Part shown: piece after piece, positions 1 to 7,959 of the stretch
Numbering within the stretch: position 1 is the first letter of the stretch
Layout of the letters: the number at the start of each line of letters is the position of its first letter
Assembly: GCA_021739645.1 (NCBI GenBank)
Contig: JAIPBL010000005.1
Location: 71,378-135,377, forward strand
From: Saprospiraceae bacterium
GTDB lineage: Bacteria; Bacteroidota; Bacteroidia; Chitinophagales; Saprospiraceae
Direction of reading: 5' to 3'
DNA: 64,000 bases
The notes under the pieces: generated by a model
The model's database searches: none
What the model was told of the DNA's origin: nothing
What the model saw: the letters and a program-made list of their open reading frames with translations, nothing else
Program-made: the position numbers and the translations under genes

Positions 1-241
1 CATAATGAACGATATCCAGCTTCCCGAAAGTAGTCCGGTATGCTGGAAGGACCTCCTGATTGTTCGCAAAACACAAATTGCCTTCCGGTGTATCTTGCTC
101 CACATAGCCAAGATTCAACCGTTTGGCGAAATCATCCATGCATGCTTTGCGTACCGTTAGCGACAACAACTCCTGCTTTGTGTAGGTCCATCTATTGGGC
201 ACGGATATAAAAATGTCGTCCAGTTTCAAGGTCATTTTCAT
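1..241 (-). CDS. hypothetical protein, first 80 codons only (gene runs off the left edge)
   Basis: Minus-strand frame is open from the ATG at 241-239 (MKMTLKLDDIFISVPNRWTYTKQELLSLTVRKACMDDFAKRLNLGYVEQD...) with no stop before position 1. It is absent from the supplied track because it has no stop. No family recognised. Confidence 0.35.
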   Translation of the reverse strand, partial: MKMTLKLDDIFISVPNRWTYTKQELLSLTVRKACMDDFAKRLNLGYVEQDTPEGNLCFANNQEVLPAYRTTFGKLDIVHY

Positions 242-372
242 CACAAAATCTATAGGTATCGGGAAATAAAATTTCCTACCGTTTGTCGGTTCTCGCTTCC
301 TTGTGTTCTCCCTGCTGTGCGCCGCTTTTGTCTGTTCAATGTCAAAGATTGGCAAAGGTAAATTTTAAACTC

Positions 373-395
373 GGATAAATTTGTCCTGTTTAAAA
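373..395 (+). promoter_or_regulatory. operator-like motif copy 1 (GGATAAATTTGTCCTGTTTAAAA) upstream of the Rrf2 gene
   Basis: 22/23 identical to 885-907. It sits inside a larger palindrome, TTTAAAC-N2-GGATAAATTTGTCC-N1-GTTTAAA (364-394). A TAnnTTTG -7 box (TATCTTTG, 405-412) follows, 19 nt before the ATG at 431. Confidence 0.5.
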
Positions 396-430
396 CTATC
401 CGCTTATCTTTGCCCAACAAAAATGTAAAA

Positions 431-865
431 ATGTTTTCACGAGCTTGCGAATACAGCATCCGGGCCACCATCCTCATCGCCACCCACAGCATGGTGGGCG
501 AAAGGGTGAGCTTAAAAGACATCGCCCGGAAAACGGATTCGCCGTTGGCCTTCACCGGGAAGGTGCTGCAACAACTGGTGAAGGGCGGCATCGTCACTTC
601 GGTGCAGGGGGTGAACGGCGGCTTTGAAATCGGGCAAAAACAGATGGAGGAAACCCGCCTCAGCCAGATTGTCGCTGCCATTGACGGGGAGCAGATTTTT
701 CGGGCCTGCGGGCTGGGGCTTCAAGCATGCAACGCTAAAAAACCCTGCCCGCTGCACGACAAGTTCGCCAGTATCCGGAACGACCTGAAGACCATGCTCG
801 AAGGCACCAGCATCCTTGACCTTTCCACCGGGTTGAAGGACGGGCTGACATTCTTGCAGCGATAA
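431..865 (+). CDS. Rrf2 family transcriptional regulator (NsrR/IscR-like)
   Basis: The N-terminus MFSRACEYSIRATILIA... is the typical Rrf2 winged-helix start. Conserved Cys residues are present (CGLGLQACNAKKPCPLH). I prefer the ATG at 431 over the track start at 410. Confidence 0.85.
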   Translation: MFSRACEYSIRATILIATHSMVGERVSLKDIARKTDSPLAFTGKVLQQLVKGGIVTSVQGVNGGFEIGQKQMEETRLSQIVAAIDGEQIFRACGLGLQACNAKKPCPLHDKFASIRNDLKTMLEGTSILDLSTGLKDGLTFLQR

Positions 866-884
866 AAATCTTTAACCAAAAGCA

Positions 885-907
885 GGATAATTTTGTCCTG
901 TTTAAAA
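885..907 (+). promoter_or_regulatory. operator-like motif copy 2 (GGATAATTTTGTCCTGTTTAAAA) upstream of the RIC gene
   Basis: 22/23 identical to 373-395. Contains TAATTTTG (888-895), which matches the Bacteroidota -7 consensus TAnnTTTG. Ends 10 nt before the ATG at 918. Confidence 0.5.
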
Positions 908-917
908 TTGATAGAAC

Positions 918-1649
918 ATGAATTTCAAAGAAAATCTGACCATCGGCGAAATCGTCGCACAAGACTACCGCACCGCTTCCGTGTTTCAATCGCACGGCAT
1001 TGATTTCTGCTGCAAAGGCGGCCGCACCATCGGTGAGGTTTGCGAAAGCAAAAACCTCGCAGCACCCGAACTTGTACAGGAACTTCAGTCGGCCACCGCT
1101 TCCAGCGAGGCACCTGCTGAGGACTACCGCACCTGGCCCCTCGACCTGCTGGCCGATTATGTGGAGAAAAAGCACCACCGCTACGTCGCTGCAAAAATGC
1201 CAGAACTCATGCAGTACCTCAACAAACTCTGCAAGGTACACGGCGAGCGCCATCCCGAATTGTTTGAGATCAGGGACGAATTTAGCCACGTCAACGAAGA
1301 ACTGACCGCCCACATGCAGAAAGAGGAAATGATTTTGTTCCCTTTCATTCGGCGTTTGGCCACCGAAAAACAGCCTACCCGGCCACCTTTCGGTACCGTC
1401 GAAAACCCCATCAACATGATGATGCACGAGCATACGGTGGAAGGCGAGCGGCTTGCAAAAATCTCGGAACTCAGCAGCAAGTACACTTCTCCTGCGGACG
1501 GCTGCACCACCTACCGGGTGGCGTTTGCCATGCTGAAAGAATTTGAGGAAGACCTTCATTTGCACATCCATTTGGAGAACAATATCATGTTCCCTAGGGC
1601 CATCGAACTGGAAAAACAATTGGTGCAATTCGAGGTGTCTGCAAATTAA
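918..1649 (+). CDS. ric: iron-sulfur cluster repair di-iron protein (RIC; ScdA/YtfE/DnrN family)
   Basis: N-terminal ScdA_N-type motif DYRTASVFQSHGIDFCCKGGRT. Two hemerythrin-like His/Glu-rich halves follow (HHRYV...HPELF..., HMQKEEMILFP..., EHTVEGE..., HLHIHLENNIMFP). Confidence 0.9.
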   Translation: MNFKENLTIGEIVAQDYRTASVFQSHGIDFCCKGGRTIGEVCESKNLAAPELVQELQSATASSEAPAEDYRTWPLDLLADYVEKKHHRYVAAKMPELMQYLNKLCKVHGERHPELFEIRDEFSHVNEELTAHMQKEEMILFPFIRRLATEKQPTRPPFGTVENPINMMMHEHTVEGERLAKISELSSKYTSPADGCTTYRVAFAMLKEFEEDLHLHIHLENNIMFPRAIELEKQLVQFEVSAN

Positions 1650-1678
1650 TTTCAGTTAAACAAATAGCATTTATGACC

Positions 1679-1714
1679 AAGGTTCGCTAACTTTTTAATA
1701 TCTCAGCGAACCTT
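1679..1714 (+). terminator. hairpin after ric (10-bp perfect stem AAGGTTCGCT / AGCGAACCTT)
   Basis: Perfect 10-bp stem with a 16-nt loop, followed by only three T. The arm word AAGGTTCGCTAA recurs in the inverted repeats at 11089 and 11704. A second hairpin lies at 1757-1789. Confidence 0.35.
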
Positions 1715-1842
1715 TGGAACGATGAAAGAATAAGTTCCTAATTTCAATCAGGCTCGAGTTAGGCCGCAACTTGAAGTTGCGACCTAACTTACTCCGCAAT
1801 CTGGGAAGTTATTTTTTAACCGGTACTTAATTCTTTTCAACA

Positions 1843-2322
1843 TTGAAGACCACGAAAAAAACACCGCCCCTCAAGCGGCACGCCGCCTTGCAGCCACTCA
1901 GCCGGGAGCACCATCACGGCCTGCTGCTTGGTTGGAAAATCCGCTCGGGACTGTCCAAAGCAGTGGCACTTGAACGGATAAAAGCCTATTCGGACTGGTT
2001 TTTTGAGAAATACCTGCTGCCGCATTTCGAAATAGAAGAGCAGCATGTTTTTCCCCTTCTCGGCGACAAGGAGCACCCGATGATCAAGCGGGCGTTGCGG
2101 GAGCATAGAAGATTGCGGCGACTATTTTTGGATAGCGAAGATTTGGGCAAGAATTTAAGCCTGATCGAAGAAGAGCTGACGGCACATATCCGCTACGAAG
2201 AGCGGATTTTGTTCACAGAGGTGCAGCTGGTGGCGACACCGGAACAACTGTCGGAAGTGGAGCGCCTGCACCAGGGGCAGCCGTTCGTGGAGGACTGGGA
2301 GGACAAGTTTTGGGAGCAGTGA
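1843..2322 (+). CDS. hemerythrin domain-containing protein
   Basis: His/Glu pattern of an HHE cation-binding domain (SREHHHGLLL, HFEIEEQHVFP, EHRRL, HIRYEERILF). No in-frame ATG lies near the 5' end, so the TTG start at 1843 is provisional. Confidence 0.7.
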   Translation: MKTTKKTPPLKRHAALQPLSREHHHGLLLGWKIRSGLSKAVALERIKAYSDWFFEKYLLPHFEIEEQHVFPLLGDKEHPMIKRALREHRRLRRLFLDSEDLGKNLSLIEEELTAHIRYEERILFTEVQLVATPEQLSEVERLHQGQPFVEDWEDKFWEQ

Positions 2323-2491
2323 CAGGCTTTTTTCAAAAGCCAGCTGCGATGGAAGTAGTTGATTTTTGTCAAAACCACCACTGATTTTTGTTCTCAACAA
2401 CTGGCGTTTGAGTTTCTTCCTTTGCACCAAATTTGACCTCACCTGTCTTTTACGTTTACAGCTTATCTCCCAAACGCTATCAAATTCAATT

Positions 2492-3880
2492 ATGCACCAC
2501 AAGACAATCATCGAGCCTTTCCGCATCAAAGTCGTCGAGCACATCAAAATGACGACAGAGGCGGAACGGGAAGCTTTTTTGAAAAAAGCACAGTACAACC
2601 CCTTCCTGCTCCATTCCAACGAAGTCATCGTGGACCTGCTCACCGACAGTGGCACTTCGGCCATGAGTTCGAACCAGTGGGCGGGTATCATGGAGGGCGA
2701 CGAAAGCTACGCCGGCGCCTCAAGCTGGCTGCGCATAGAAGCCGCCATCAAAGACCTGACGGGTTGCCCCTACGTGCTGCCCACACACCAGGGCCGTGCT
2801 GCGGAGCACCTTTTGTACAACCAAATTGGCGGCAAGGGCAAAGTGTTTTTTAGCAACACGCATTTCGATACTACCCGTGCGAACATCGAGTTCAGTGGTG
2901 CAACGGCCATTGACTTGCCGTCGCCGGAGGGCAAGGAAACAGCCGTTTCTCACCCGTTCAAGGGCAACCTCGACGTTGCGAAGCTGGTCGAAAACATCGA
3001 AAAATACGGCGCCGAGAACGTCGCAGCGGTCATCCTCACCGTGACGAACAACAGCGGCGGCGGGCAACCCGTGAGCATGGCCAATGCCAAGGAGGTAGCT
3101 GCTGTTTGCAAAAAATACGGCATCCTTTTTATCCTCGACGCCTGCCGGATTGCCGAAAACGCTTGGTTTATCAAGCACCGGGAAGCGGGTTTTGGTGAAA
3201 AAACCTACCGGGAAATTGCGCAGGAAATGTTCGCCCTCGCCGATGGCAGCGTGATGAGCGCAAAAAAAGACGCCCTCGTGAACATGGGCGGTTTCCTCGC
3301 CCTGAAAGACTTGGACCTCGCCATCAAATGTCGCACCGTTCTCATCATTACCGAAGGGTACTCCACCTACGGCGGGTTGTCGGGGCGAGACATGGAGGCG
3401 ATTGCGGTGGGCTTGCAGGAGGTTTTTGAGCCGGATTACCTCGACTATCGCATCAAGAGCACGGCCTATTTGGGCAATGCGCTCAACGGCCTTGGCATCC
3501 CGGTCATCATGCCAATCGGTGGCCATGCGGTGTACGTGGATGCCAAAGCATTTTACCACCATATCCCGGTGGAGCAGTTCCCTGGGCAGTCGCTTGCCTG
3601 CCAGCTATATTTGAAAGGCGGCATCCGTTGTTGTGAAATCGGCTCGGTGATGTTTGGGAAATACGACGAGGATGGAAAGTTGATACCCGCAGCGATGGAG
3701 TTGGTGCGGCTGGCCATTCCGAGACGGGTTTATACCCAAAGCCATATTGACTATGTGATTGAAACTTTCAAGGCATTGCTCGATGGACGGGAGCAAGCAA
3801 CTGGTTTTAAAATCACTTATGAACCGCCATTTTTGCGCCATTTTACGGCGAGGTTCGAGCCAGTGGAAAGTGGGGCGTGA
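2492..3880 (+). CDS. tnaA: tryptophanase (PLP-dependent beta-eliminating lyase)
   Basis: EPFRIKVVE, LLTDSGTSAMS, PTHQGRAAE, PLP-lysine context SAKKDALVNMGG, GGHAVYVD, RLAIPRRVYTQSHIDYV, TYEPPFLRHFTARF. The HFDTTR motif (Asp, as in E. coli TnaA FFDTT) and the C-terminal region GIRCCEIGS...TYEP..LRHFTA resemble tryptophanase more than tyrosine phenol-lyase. The ATG at 2492 gives 462 aa. The track's upstream extension from 2366 is rejected. Confidence 0.85.
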   Translation: MHHKTIIEPFRIKVVEHIKMTTEAEREAFLKKAQYNPFLLHSNEVIVDLLTDSGTSAMSSNQWAGIMEGDESYAGASSWLRIEAAIKDLTGCPYVLPTHQGRAAEHLLYNQIGGKGKVFFSNTHFDTTRANIEFSGATAIDLPSPEGKETAVSHPFKGNLDVAKLVENIEKYGAENVAAVILTVTNNSGGGQPVSMANAKEVAAVCKKYGILFILDACRIAENAWFIKHREAGFGEKTYREIAQEMFALADGSVMSAKKDALVNMGGFLALKDLDLAIKCRTVLIITEGYSTYGGLSGRDMEAIAVGLQEVFEPDYLDYRIKSTAYLGNALNGLGIPVIMPIGGHAVYVDAKAFYHHIPVEQFPGQSLACQLYLKGGIRCCEIGSVMFGKYDEDGKLIPAAMELVRLAIPRRVYTQSHIDYVIETFKALLDGREQATGFKITYEPPFLRHFTARFEPVESGA

Positions 3881-3905
3881 CACCTACGCCCACAATGCAT
3901 TGAAG

Positions 3906-5108
3906 ATGAAAGTAGCGGTTAGATGGACTTTTTTTATGTTGGTCGTAGTAGCACTTACCGGCTTGTTGATGCGGGCACTTCCGTTGCTGCCCAGCATCGG
4001 GATTCCGTTTGAATCGCTTCGGCACGCCCATTCCCACTTGGCGTTTTTGGGTTGGGTGTACAGTGCTTTTTATTTGGCTTTGGTGCATTTTTTCCTTCCG
4101 AAAGGCAGCTTTGAACGACCCCGTTACACACAGCTTTTTTGGCTCTCGCAAATGGTGTCGGTGGGCATGTTCGCCGCTTTTTTATACCAAGGCTACGGGC
4201 CACTTTCCATTACTTTTCTCACATTTCACACCGTGCTGGCCTACGCCTTTTTATTCTTTTTCCTCAAAGATTGGAAACGGGAAAAACGGCAGCCCTCGAC
4301 GTGGTTCGGACTGGTGGCCATTGGCGCGTTTCTTCTTTCTTCGCTGGGGCCATTTGCCATTCCAGTGGTGCAAATAGCGGGCGACGGCAGCCCAGTTTGG
4401 ATGCGGATGGCCATTCATTTTTACCTGCATTTCCATTACAACGGCTGGTTTGTTTTCGGCCTGATGGCCATTTTTTTCAAAATATTGGAAACCAATGGCG
4501 TTCCGTTCTCGCCTAAACTTAGCCGCTGGCAATGGTGGTTGATGACGCTGAGTTTGGTGCCATCCTATTTTTTGTATGCGCCAATGGCGGGAATCATTGA
4601 CCAGACAAGCCCCATTTTGCAAGCAATTGGCTGGGTGCAATGGCTCGGCATTGCCCTATTTATCGTTCAGGTTTTCAAGATGAAATGGGTGAAAAAAATA
4701 GGCAGTGGGCCTGTGCTCCGTTTTTTGCTCTGTTTTTCGATGCTGTTTTTGTTCCTAAAAACAAGTGCCGAACTGCTTGGAGTTCAGCCGCTGCTCGCTC
4801 CACTTTTCGAGCGGAACAACCATTTTTTAACCGTGGGCTACCTGCACCTGCTTTTTCTTGGGAGCGTAACGCCGTTTACCTGGTGGGTTTCAGCGAAGGA
4901 GGGCTGGGTGGATGCGCAGCAACCAGCGGCAGCGGCGGGTATTCGGCTTTTTGCCGTGGGTTTTCTCGGCAGCGAAGCCTGCCTTTTTGCGATGGGAATG
5001 AAGTGGGGGCTGCCCTATTTCACACAGATGATTCTCGGGTTTACCGTGTTGCTGGCAAGTGGTATTTTGCTGTTTTTCAGTGCTTTTTTCAAAAAAACAA
5101 CAGCTTGA
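3906..5108 (+). CDS. polytopic membrane protein with three His-rich motifs, function unknown (possibly NnrS-like)
   Basis: About 400 aa and around 11-12 hydrophobic segments. Motifs: RHAHSHLAFLGW, HFYLHFHYNGW, VGYLHLLFLG. The ATG at 3906 avoids overlap with tnaA. The NnrS resemblance (HAHE-type motif, size) is from memory only. Confidence 0.6.
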   Translation: MKVAVRWTFFMLVVVALTGLLMRALPLLPSIGIPFESLRHAHSHLAFLGWVYSAFYLALVHFFLPKGSFERPRYTQLFWLSQMVSVGMFAAFLYQGYGPLSITFLTFHTVLAYAFLFFFLKDWKREKRQPSTWFGLVAIGAFLLSSLGPFAIPVVQIAGDGSPVWMRMAIHFYLHFHYNGWFVFGLMAIFFKILETNGVPFSPKLSRWQWWLMTLSLVPSYFLYAPMAGIIDQTSPILQAIGWVQWLGIALFIVQVFKMKWVKKIGSGPVLRFLLCFSMLFLFLKTSAELLGVQPLLAPLFERNNHFLTVGYLHLLFLGSVTPFTWWVSAKEGWVDAQQPAAAAGIRLFAVGFLGSEACLFAMGMKWGLPYFTQMILGFTVLLASGILLFFSAFFKKTTA

Positions 5109-5124
5109 AGAAACCGGCCTAAGC

Positions 5125-5706
5125 CTACGGTTCCTCAAAAACCACCGCCGAATACAAATCGCTCAGTAGGATTTCAACGGACAAAGATGGCAGCACGAGC
5201 ACATCTTCTAAGCTATCCAAAGCTTTGTAAACCCATTGGTCATTTTCCATTCTGAGGTAATACTCAACGGCCACGGTGTACTGCGAAATCAAGATGTATT
5301 GTTGGAGCGAAGGAATTCGCTGGTACTTGAAGAACTTGCCTGCCTTGTCGTAAGGTGCAGTTGACTTGGACAGCACTTCTACGATGACTTTAGGATGCTT
5401 AACCACCAATGGGTTTTCTTTATCCTTCGGGTCGCAGGTAATTACAATGTCTGGATAAACACCCCACCGTTTTTCCCGAACCTCCGTTATGACATTTTCG
5501 TGAAAAATCTGGCAGCCGTTCTTACGAAGACGAGGTACGTCCGAATTCAGAAGAATATTGGTGACAATCGTATTGTGGTTCTTGGTCGTTGCTTCAATTG
5601 GCGTTAGGAAACCGTCATGGAATTCATGACGGTCTTTGTCCGCCTGCTCGGCAGCAACATATTCGTCAAACGATATTCTCTTTTTAGCAGCTAACGGAGC
5701 GTTCAT
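5125..5706 (-). CDS. Uma2 family endonuclease (DUF820, PD-(D/E)XK-like)
   Basis: Family-typical pattern: FDEYVAAEQ...HEFHDGFL......PDIVITCD...PKVIVEVLSKST...DK..K...Y.....QYILI. The ATG at 5706 is preferred to the TTG at 5712. Confidence 0.8.
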   Translation of the reverse strand: MNAPLAAKKRISFDEYVAAEQADKDRHEFHDGFLTPIEATTKNHNTIVTNILLNSDVPRLRKNGCQIFHENVITEVREKRWGVYPDIVITCDPKDKENPLVVKHPKVIVEVLSKSTAPYDKAGKFFKYQRIPSLQQYILISQYTVAVEYYLRMENDQWVYKALDSLEDVLVLPSLSVEILLSDLYSAVVFEEP

Positions 5707-5754
5707 AAGCAAATGATTTTACCCAAAGTTAGCAGTATTGATTCAATCCTCCAA

Positions 5755-6558
5755 TCATAAACCCAGCACCGCCGGGTTCATCCCCATGTTGGAGAAGCCG
5801 CCATCGTGGAACAGGTTCTGCATCGTCACCATCTTCGACAAGTCGGAAAACAGGAACACGCAATAGTCAGCGCAAGCCTCGGCACTGGCATTGCCGAGTG
5901 GCGACACTTTGTCGGCATAGTTGAAAAACTCGTCGAAGCCCTTCACCCCGCTGCCCGCCGTGGTCATGGTCGGCGACTGGGAGACGGTATTCACCCGAAC
6001 CTTGTTCCGGGTGCCGAAGTGGTAGCCAAAGCTGCGGGCAAAGCTCTCCAACAGTGCCTTCGACTCCGCCATTTCAGAATAATCGGGAAAAACCCGCTGT
6101 GCAGCGATATACGACAACGCCGTGATGCTGCCCCAGTCCTTCATGGCTTCCTGCTTCCACAGCGTCTGCATCACCCGGTGGAAGGAGATGGCGCTGATAT
6201 CGAAAGTGGTCTTCATGAAATCGTAGTTCAGGTCGGTGTAGTCCTTCTTTTTGCGGACGTTCATGGACATGCCGATGCTGTGCAGCACGAAGTCAATTTT
6301 GCCCCCAAAATGCTCGGTGGCGTTTTTGAAAAGGTTCTCCAAATCTTCATCCGAAGTCGCATCCGCCCCAAAAACGGGCGCATTCACCTTCTCCGCCAGT
6401 GCGTTGATGGTACCGAATCGCATGGCTATGGGTGCATTGGTTAGCACCAATTTTGAACCTTCTTCGTTACAGCGTTCCGCCACTTTCCAAGCGATGGATT
6501 GCTCGTCCAATGCGCCGAAGATGACGCCGTTTTTTCCTTGTAGTAAGTTGTTTGACAT
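5755..6558 (-). CDS. fabI: enoyl-[acyl-carrier-protein] reductase FabI (SDR)
   Basis: LQGKNGVIFGALDEQSIAWKVA nucleotide-binding start. Catalytic Y-x6-K (YSEMAESK). Length 267 aa. Confidence 0.85.
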   Translation of the reverse strand: MSNNLLQGKNGVIFGALDEQSIAWKVAERCNEEGSKLVLTNAPIAMRFGTINALAEKVNAPVFGADATSDEDLENLFKNATEHFGGKIDFVLHSIGMSMNVRKKKDYTDLNYDFMKTTFDISAISFHRVMQTLWKQEAMKDWGSITALSYIAAQRVFPDYSEMAESKALLESFARSFGYHFGTRNKVRVNTVSQSPTMTTAGSGVKGFDEFFNYADKVSPLGNASAEACADYCVFLFSDLSKMVTMQNLFHDGGFSNMGMNPAVLGL

Positions 6559-6571
6559 TTTGTAAAGTTAT

Positions 6572-6628
6572 GAGTTTTGAGTTTTGAGTTGCGAGTTCAC
6601 TCAAAACTCAAAACTCAAAACTCAAAAC
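6572..6628. repeat. heptamer-repeat hairpin (GAGTTTT)n / (AAAACTC)n between hppD and fabI
   Basis: GAGTTTTGAGTTTTGAGTT - GCGAGTTCAC - TCAAAACTCAAAACTCAAAACTCAAAAC. The stem is about 19 bp and starts 4 nt after the hppD stop (6632-6634). Confidence 0.85.
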
Positions 6629-6631
6629 TTT

Positions 6632-7756
6632 TTAAAGCGTTCCCCGCAGCTCCTGCTCCCGCTCTATCGCTTCGAAAAGTGCTTTGAAATTGCCCTTTCC
6701 AAAGGATTTTGCGCCAGCACGCTGGATGATTTCATAGAAAACCGTCGGGCGGTCTTCCACGGGTTTCGTGAAGATTTGGAGCAGGTAGCCCTCCTCGTCA
6801 CGGTCTATCAGGATGTTGAGTTTCTTTAGCTCCGCAAGGTCTTCCTCAATATGGCCGACCCGGTCGAGCACGTCTTCGTAGTAGGTGTCCGGCACGTAGA
6901 GGAAGTCCACGCCGTTGGCCCGGAGCTGGCTCACCGTGCTGATAATGTCGTCGGTGGCAACGGCGATGTGCTGCACCCCGGCACTTTTGTAAAAGTCGAG
7001 GTACTCCTCGATTTGAGATTTTTTCTTGCCCGCAGCGGGTTCGTTGATGGGGAACTTGATGTAGCCGTTGCCGTTCGACACCACTTTCGACATCAGGGCG
7101 GTGTACTCCGTGCTGATGTCCTTGTCGTCGAAAGTAACGAGCAGCTTGAAGCCCATCACATCTTCGTAAAATTGGACCCATTTGTTCATCGCCCCCAGTT
7201 CCACGTTGCCCACGCAATGGTCCACGTATTTCAGTCCGACGGACTTAGCTGGGTAAACACTCTTGCGAGCCTCGAAACCGGGCAAAAATGGCCCGTTGTA
7301 ATTGCTGCGCTCCACAAGCGTGTGCCAGGTTTCACCATAAGTTTTGATGGCGGCCATTTTCACGACGCCGTGCTCGTCTTCCAGCGTCATCGGCTTCATG
7401 GCCGACTCAGCACCCCTTTCAACTGCGGCTTTGTAAGCTGTTTCCACATCGTCCACCCAAAGGGCGAGGACTTTGACACCGTCGCCGTGGAGGGCTACGT
7501 GCTTCGCAATTTCGTGGTCGGGCGAAAGGGCAGCGGTGAGCACCAGCGTGATTTTTCCCTGGCGCAGCACGTAGCTCACTTTGTCACGGCAGCCGGTCTC
7601 CGGGCCACGGTAGGCCACCCATTGGTAGCCAAAAGCGGCTTGGTAGTAAAGCGCTGACTGCTTAGCGTTGCCGACGTAGAACTCCAAGTGGTCGGTGCCG
7701 TTGATGGGAAAGGTGTCTTGGGTTTCGATGGGGGTGGGCTTGGTAAGGACTTCCAT
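6632..7756 (-). CDS. hppD: 4-hydroxyphenylpyruvate dioxygenase
   Basis: Two VOC-fold halves (DHLEFYVGNAKQ..., VDHCVGNVELG..., GVQHIAVATDDI). The canonical C-terminus FGKGNFKALFEAIEREQELRG is present. Confidence 0.92.
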   Translation of the reverse strand: MEVLTKPTPIETQDTFPINGTDHLEFYVGNAKQSALYYQAAFGYQWVAYRGPETGCRDKVSYVLRQGKITLVLTAALSPDHEIAKHVALHGDGVKVLALWVDDVETAYKAAVERGAESAMKPMTLEDEHGVVKMAAIKTYGETWHTLVERSNYNGPFLPGFEARKSVYPAKSVGLKYVDHCVGNVELGAMNKWVQFYEDVMGFKLLVTFDDKDISTEYTALMSKVVSNGNGYIKFPINEPAAGKKKSQIEEYLDFYKSAGVQHIAVATDDIISTVSQLRANGVDFLYVPDTYYEDVLDRVGHIEEDLAELKKLNILIDRDEEGYLLQIFTKPVEDRPTVFYEIIQRAGAKSFGKGNFKALFEAIEREQELRGTL

Positions 7757-7793
7757 GATGACTGTTTTTTACTTTTTTCAAAAAAGGACGGGG

Positions 7794-7801
7794 CAAAGAT
7801 A
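7794..7801 (-). promoter_or_regulatory. candidate -7 promoter box TATCTTTG for hppD
   Basis: The minus strand reads TATCTTTG (TAnnTTTG consensus of Bacteroidota sigma-A promoters), 38 nt upstream of the ATG at 7756. Confidence 0.4.
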
Positions 7802-7959
7802 GCAGACTACTCAATATTTCGTGCCAAGCAACCGAACTAAGCGTGTGGCTGACAACTGTGGACGATTCCCCGGAATTGAAACCCACGGCTGCTCATGGGC
7901 CTAAAAATCAAAAAGACATTCAGGTTCTAGGCTTATATTTGACAGCAGATACAGTCACT

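Noticed and set aside
250-1628. Track ORFs 250-681(-), 445-627(+), 512-757(-), 735-1628(-), 925-1194(-), 1000-1305(+) and 1181-1510(-), all overlapping the Rrf2 and ric genes
   Set aside because: They are antisense or out of frame to ORFs with clear family motifs. Their translations are Arg/Pro/Gly-rich low-complexity sequence typical of shadow frames in GC-rich coding DNA.
2366-2491. N-terminal extensions of track ORFs: 2366 for tnaA, 3759 for the membrane protein, 7843 for the kinase, 48778 for the isomerase, 54619 and 60928 for the lipoproteins
   Set aside because: The extensions start at TTG/GTG or run through the upstream gene or intergenic hairpins. Internal ATGs give canonical N-termini (signal peptides, a TAT motif, a homologous start).
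2492-3880. Alternative call of tyrosine phenol-lyase instead of tryptophanase
   Set aside because: The HFDTTR motif (Asp as in TnaA FFDTT; TPL has FTTT) and the C-terminal region favour tryptophanase. A proper phylogeny would be needed to be certain.
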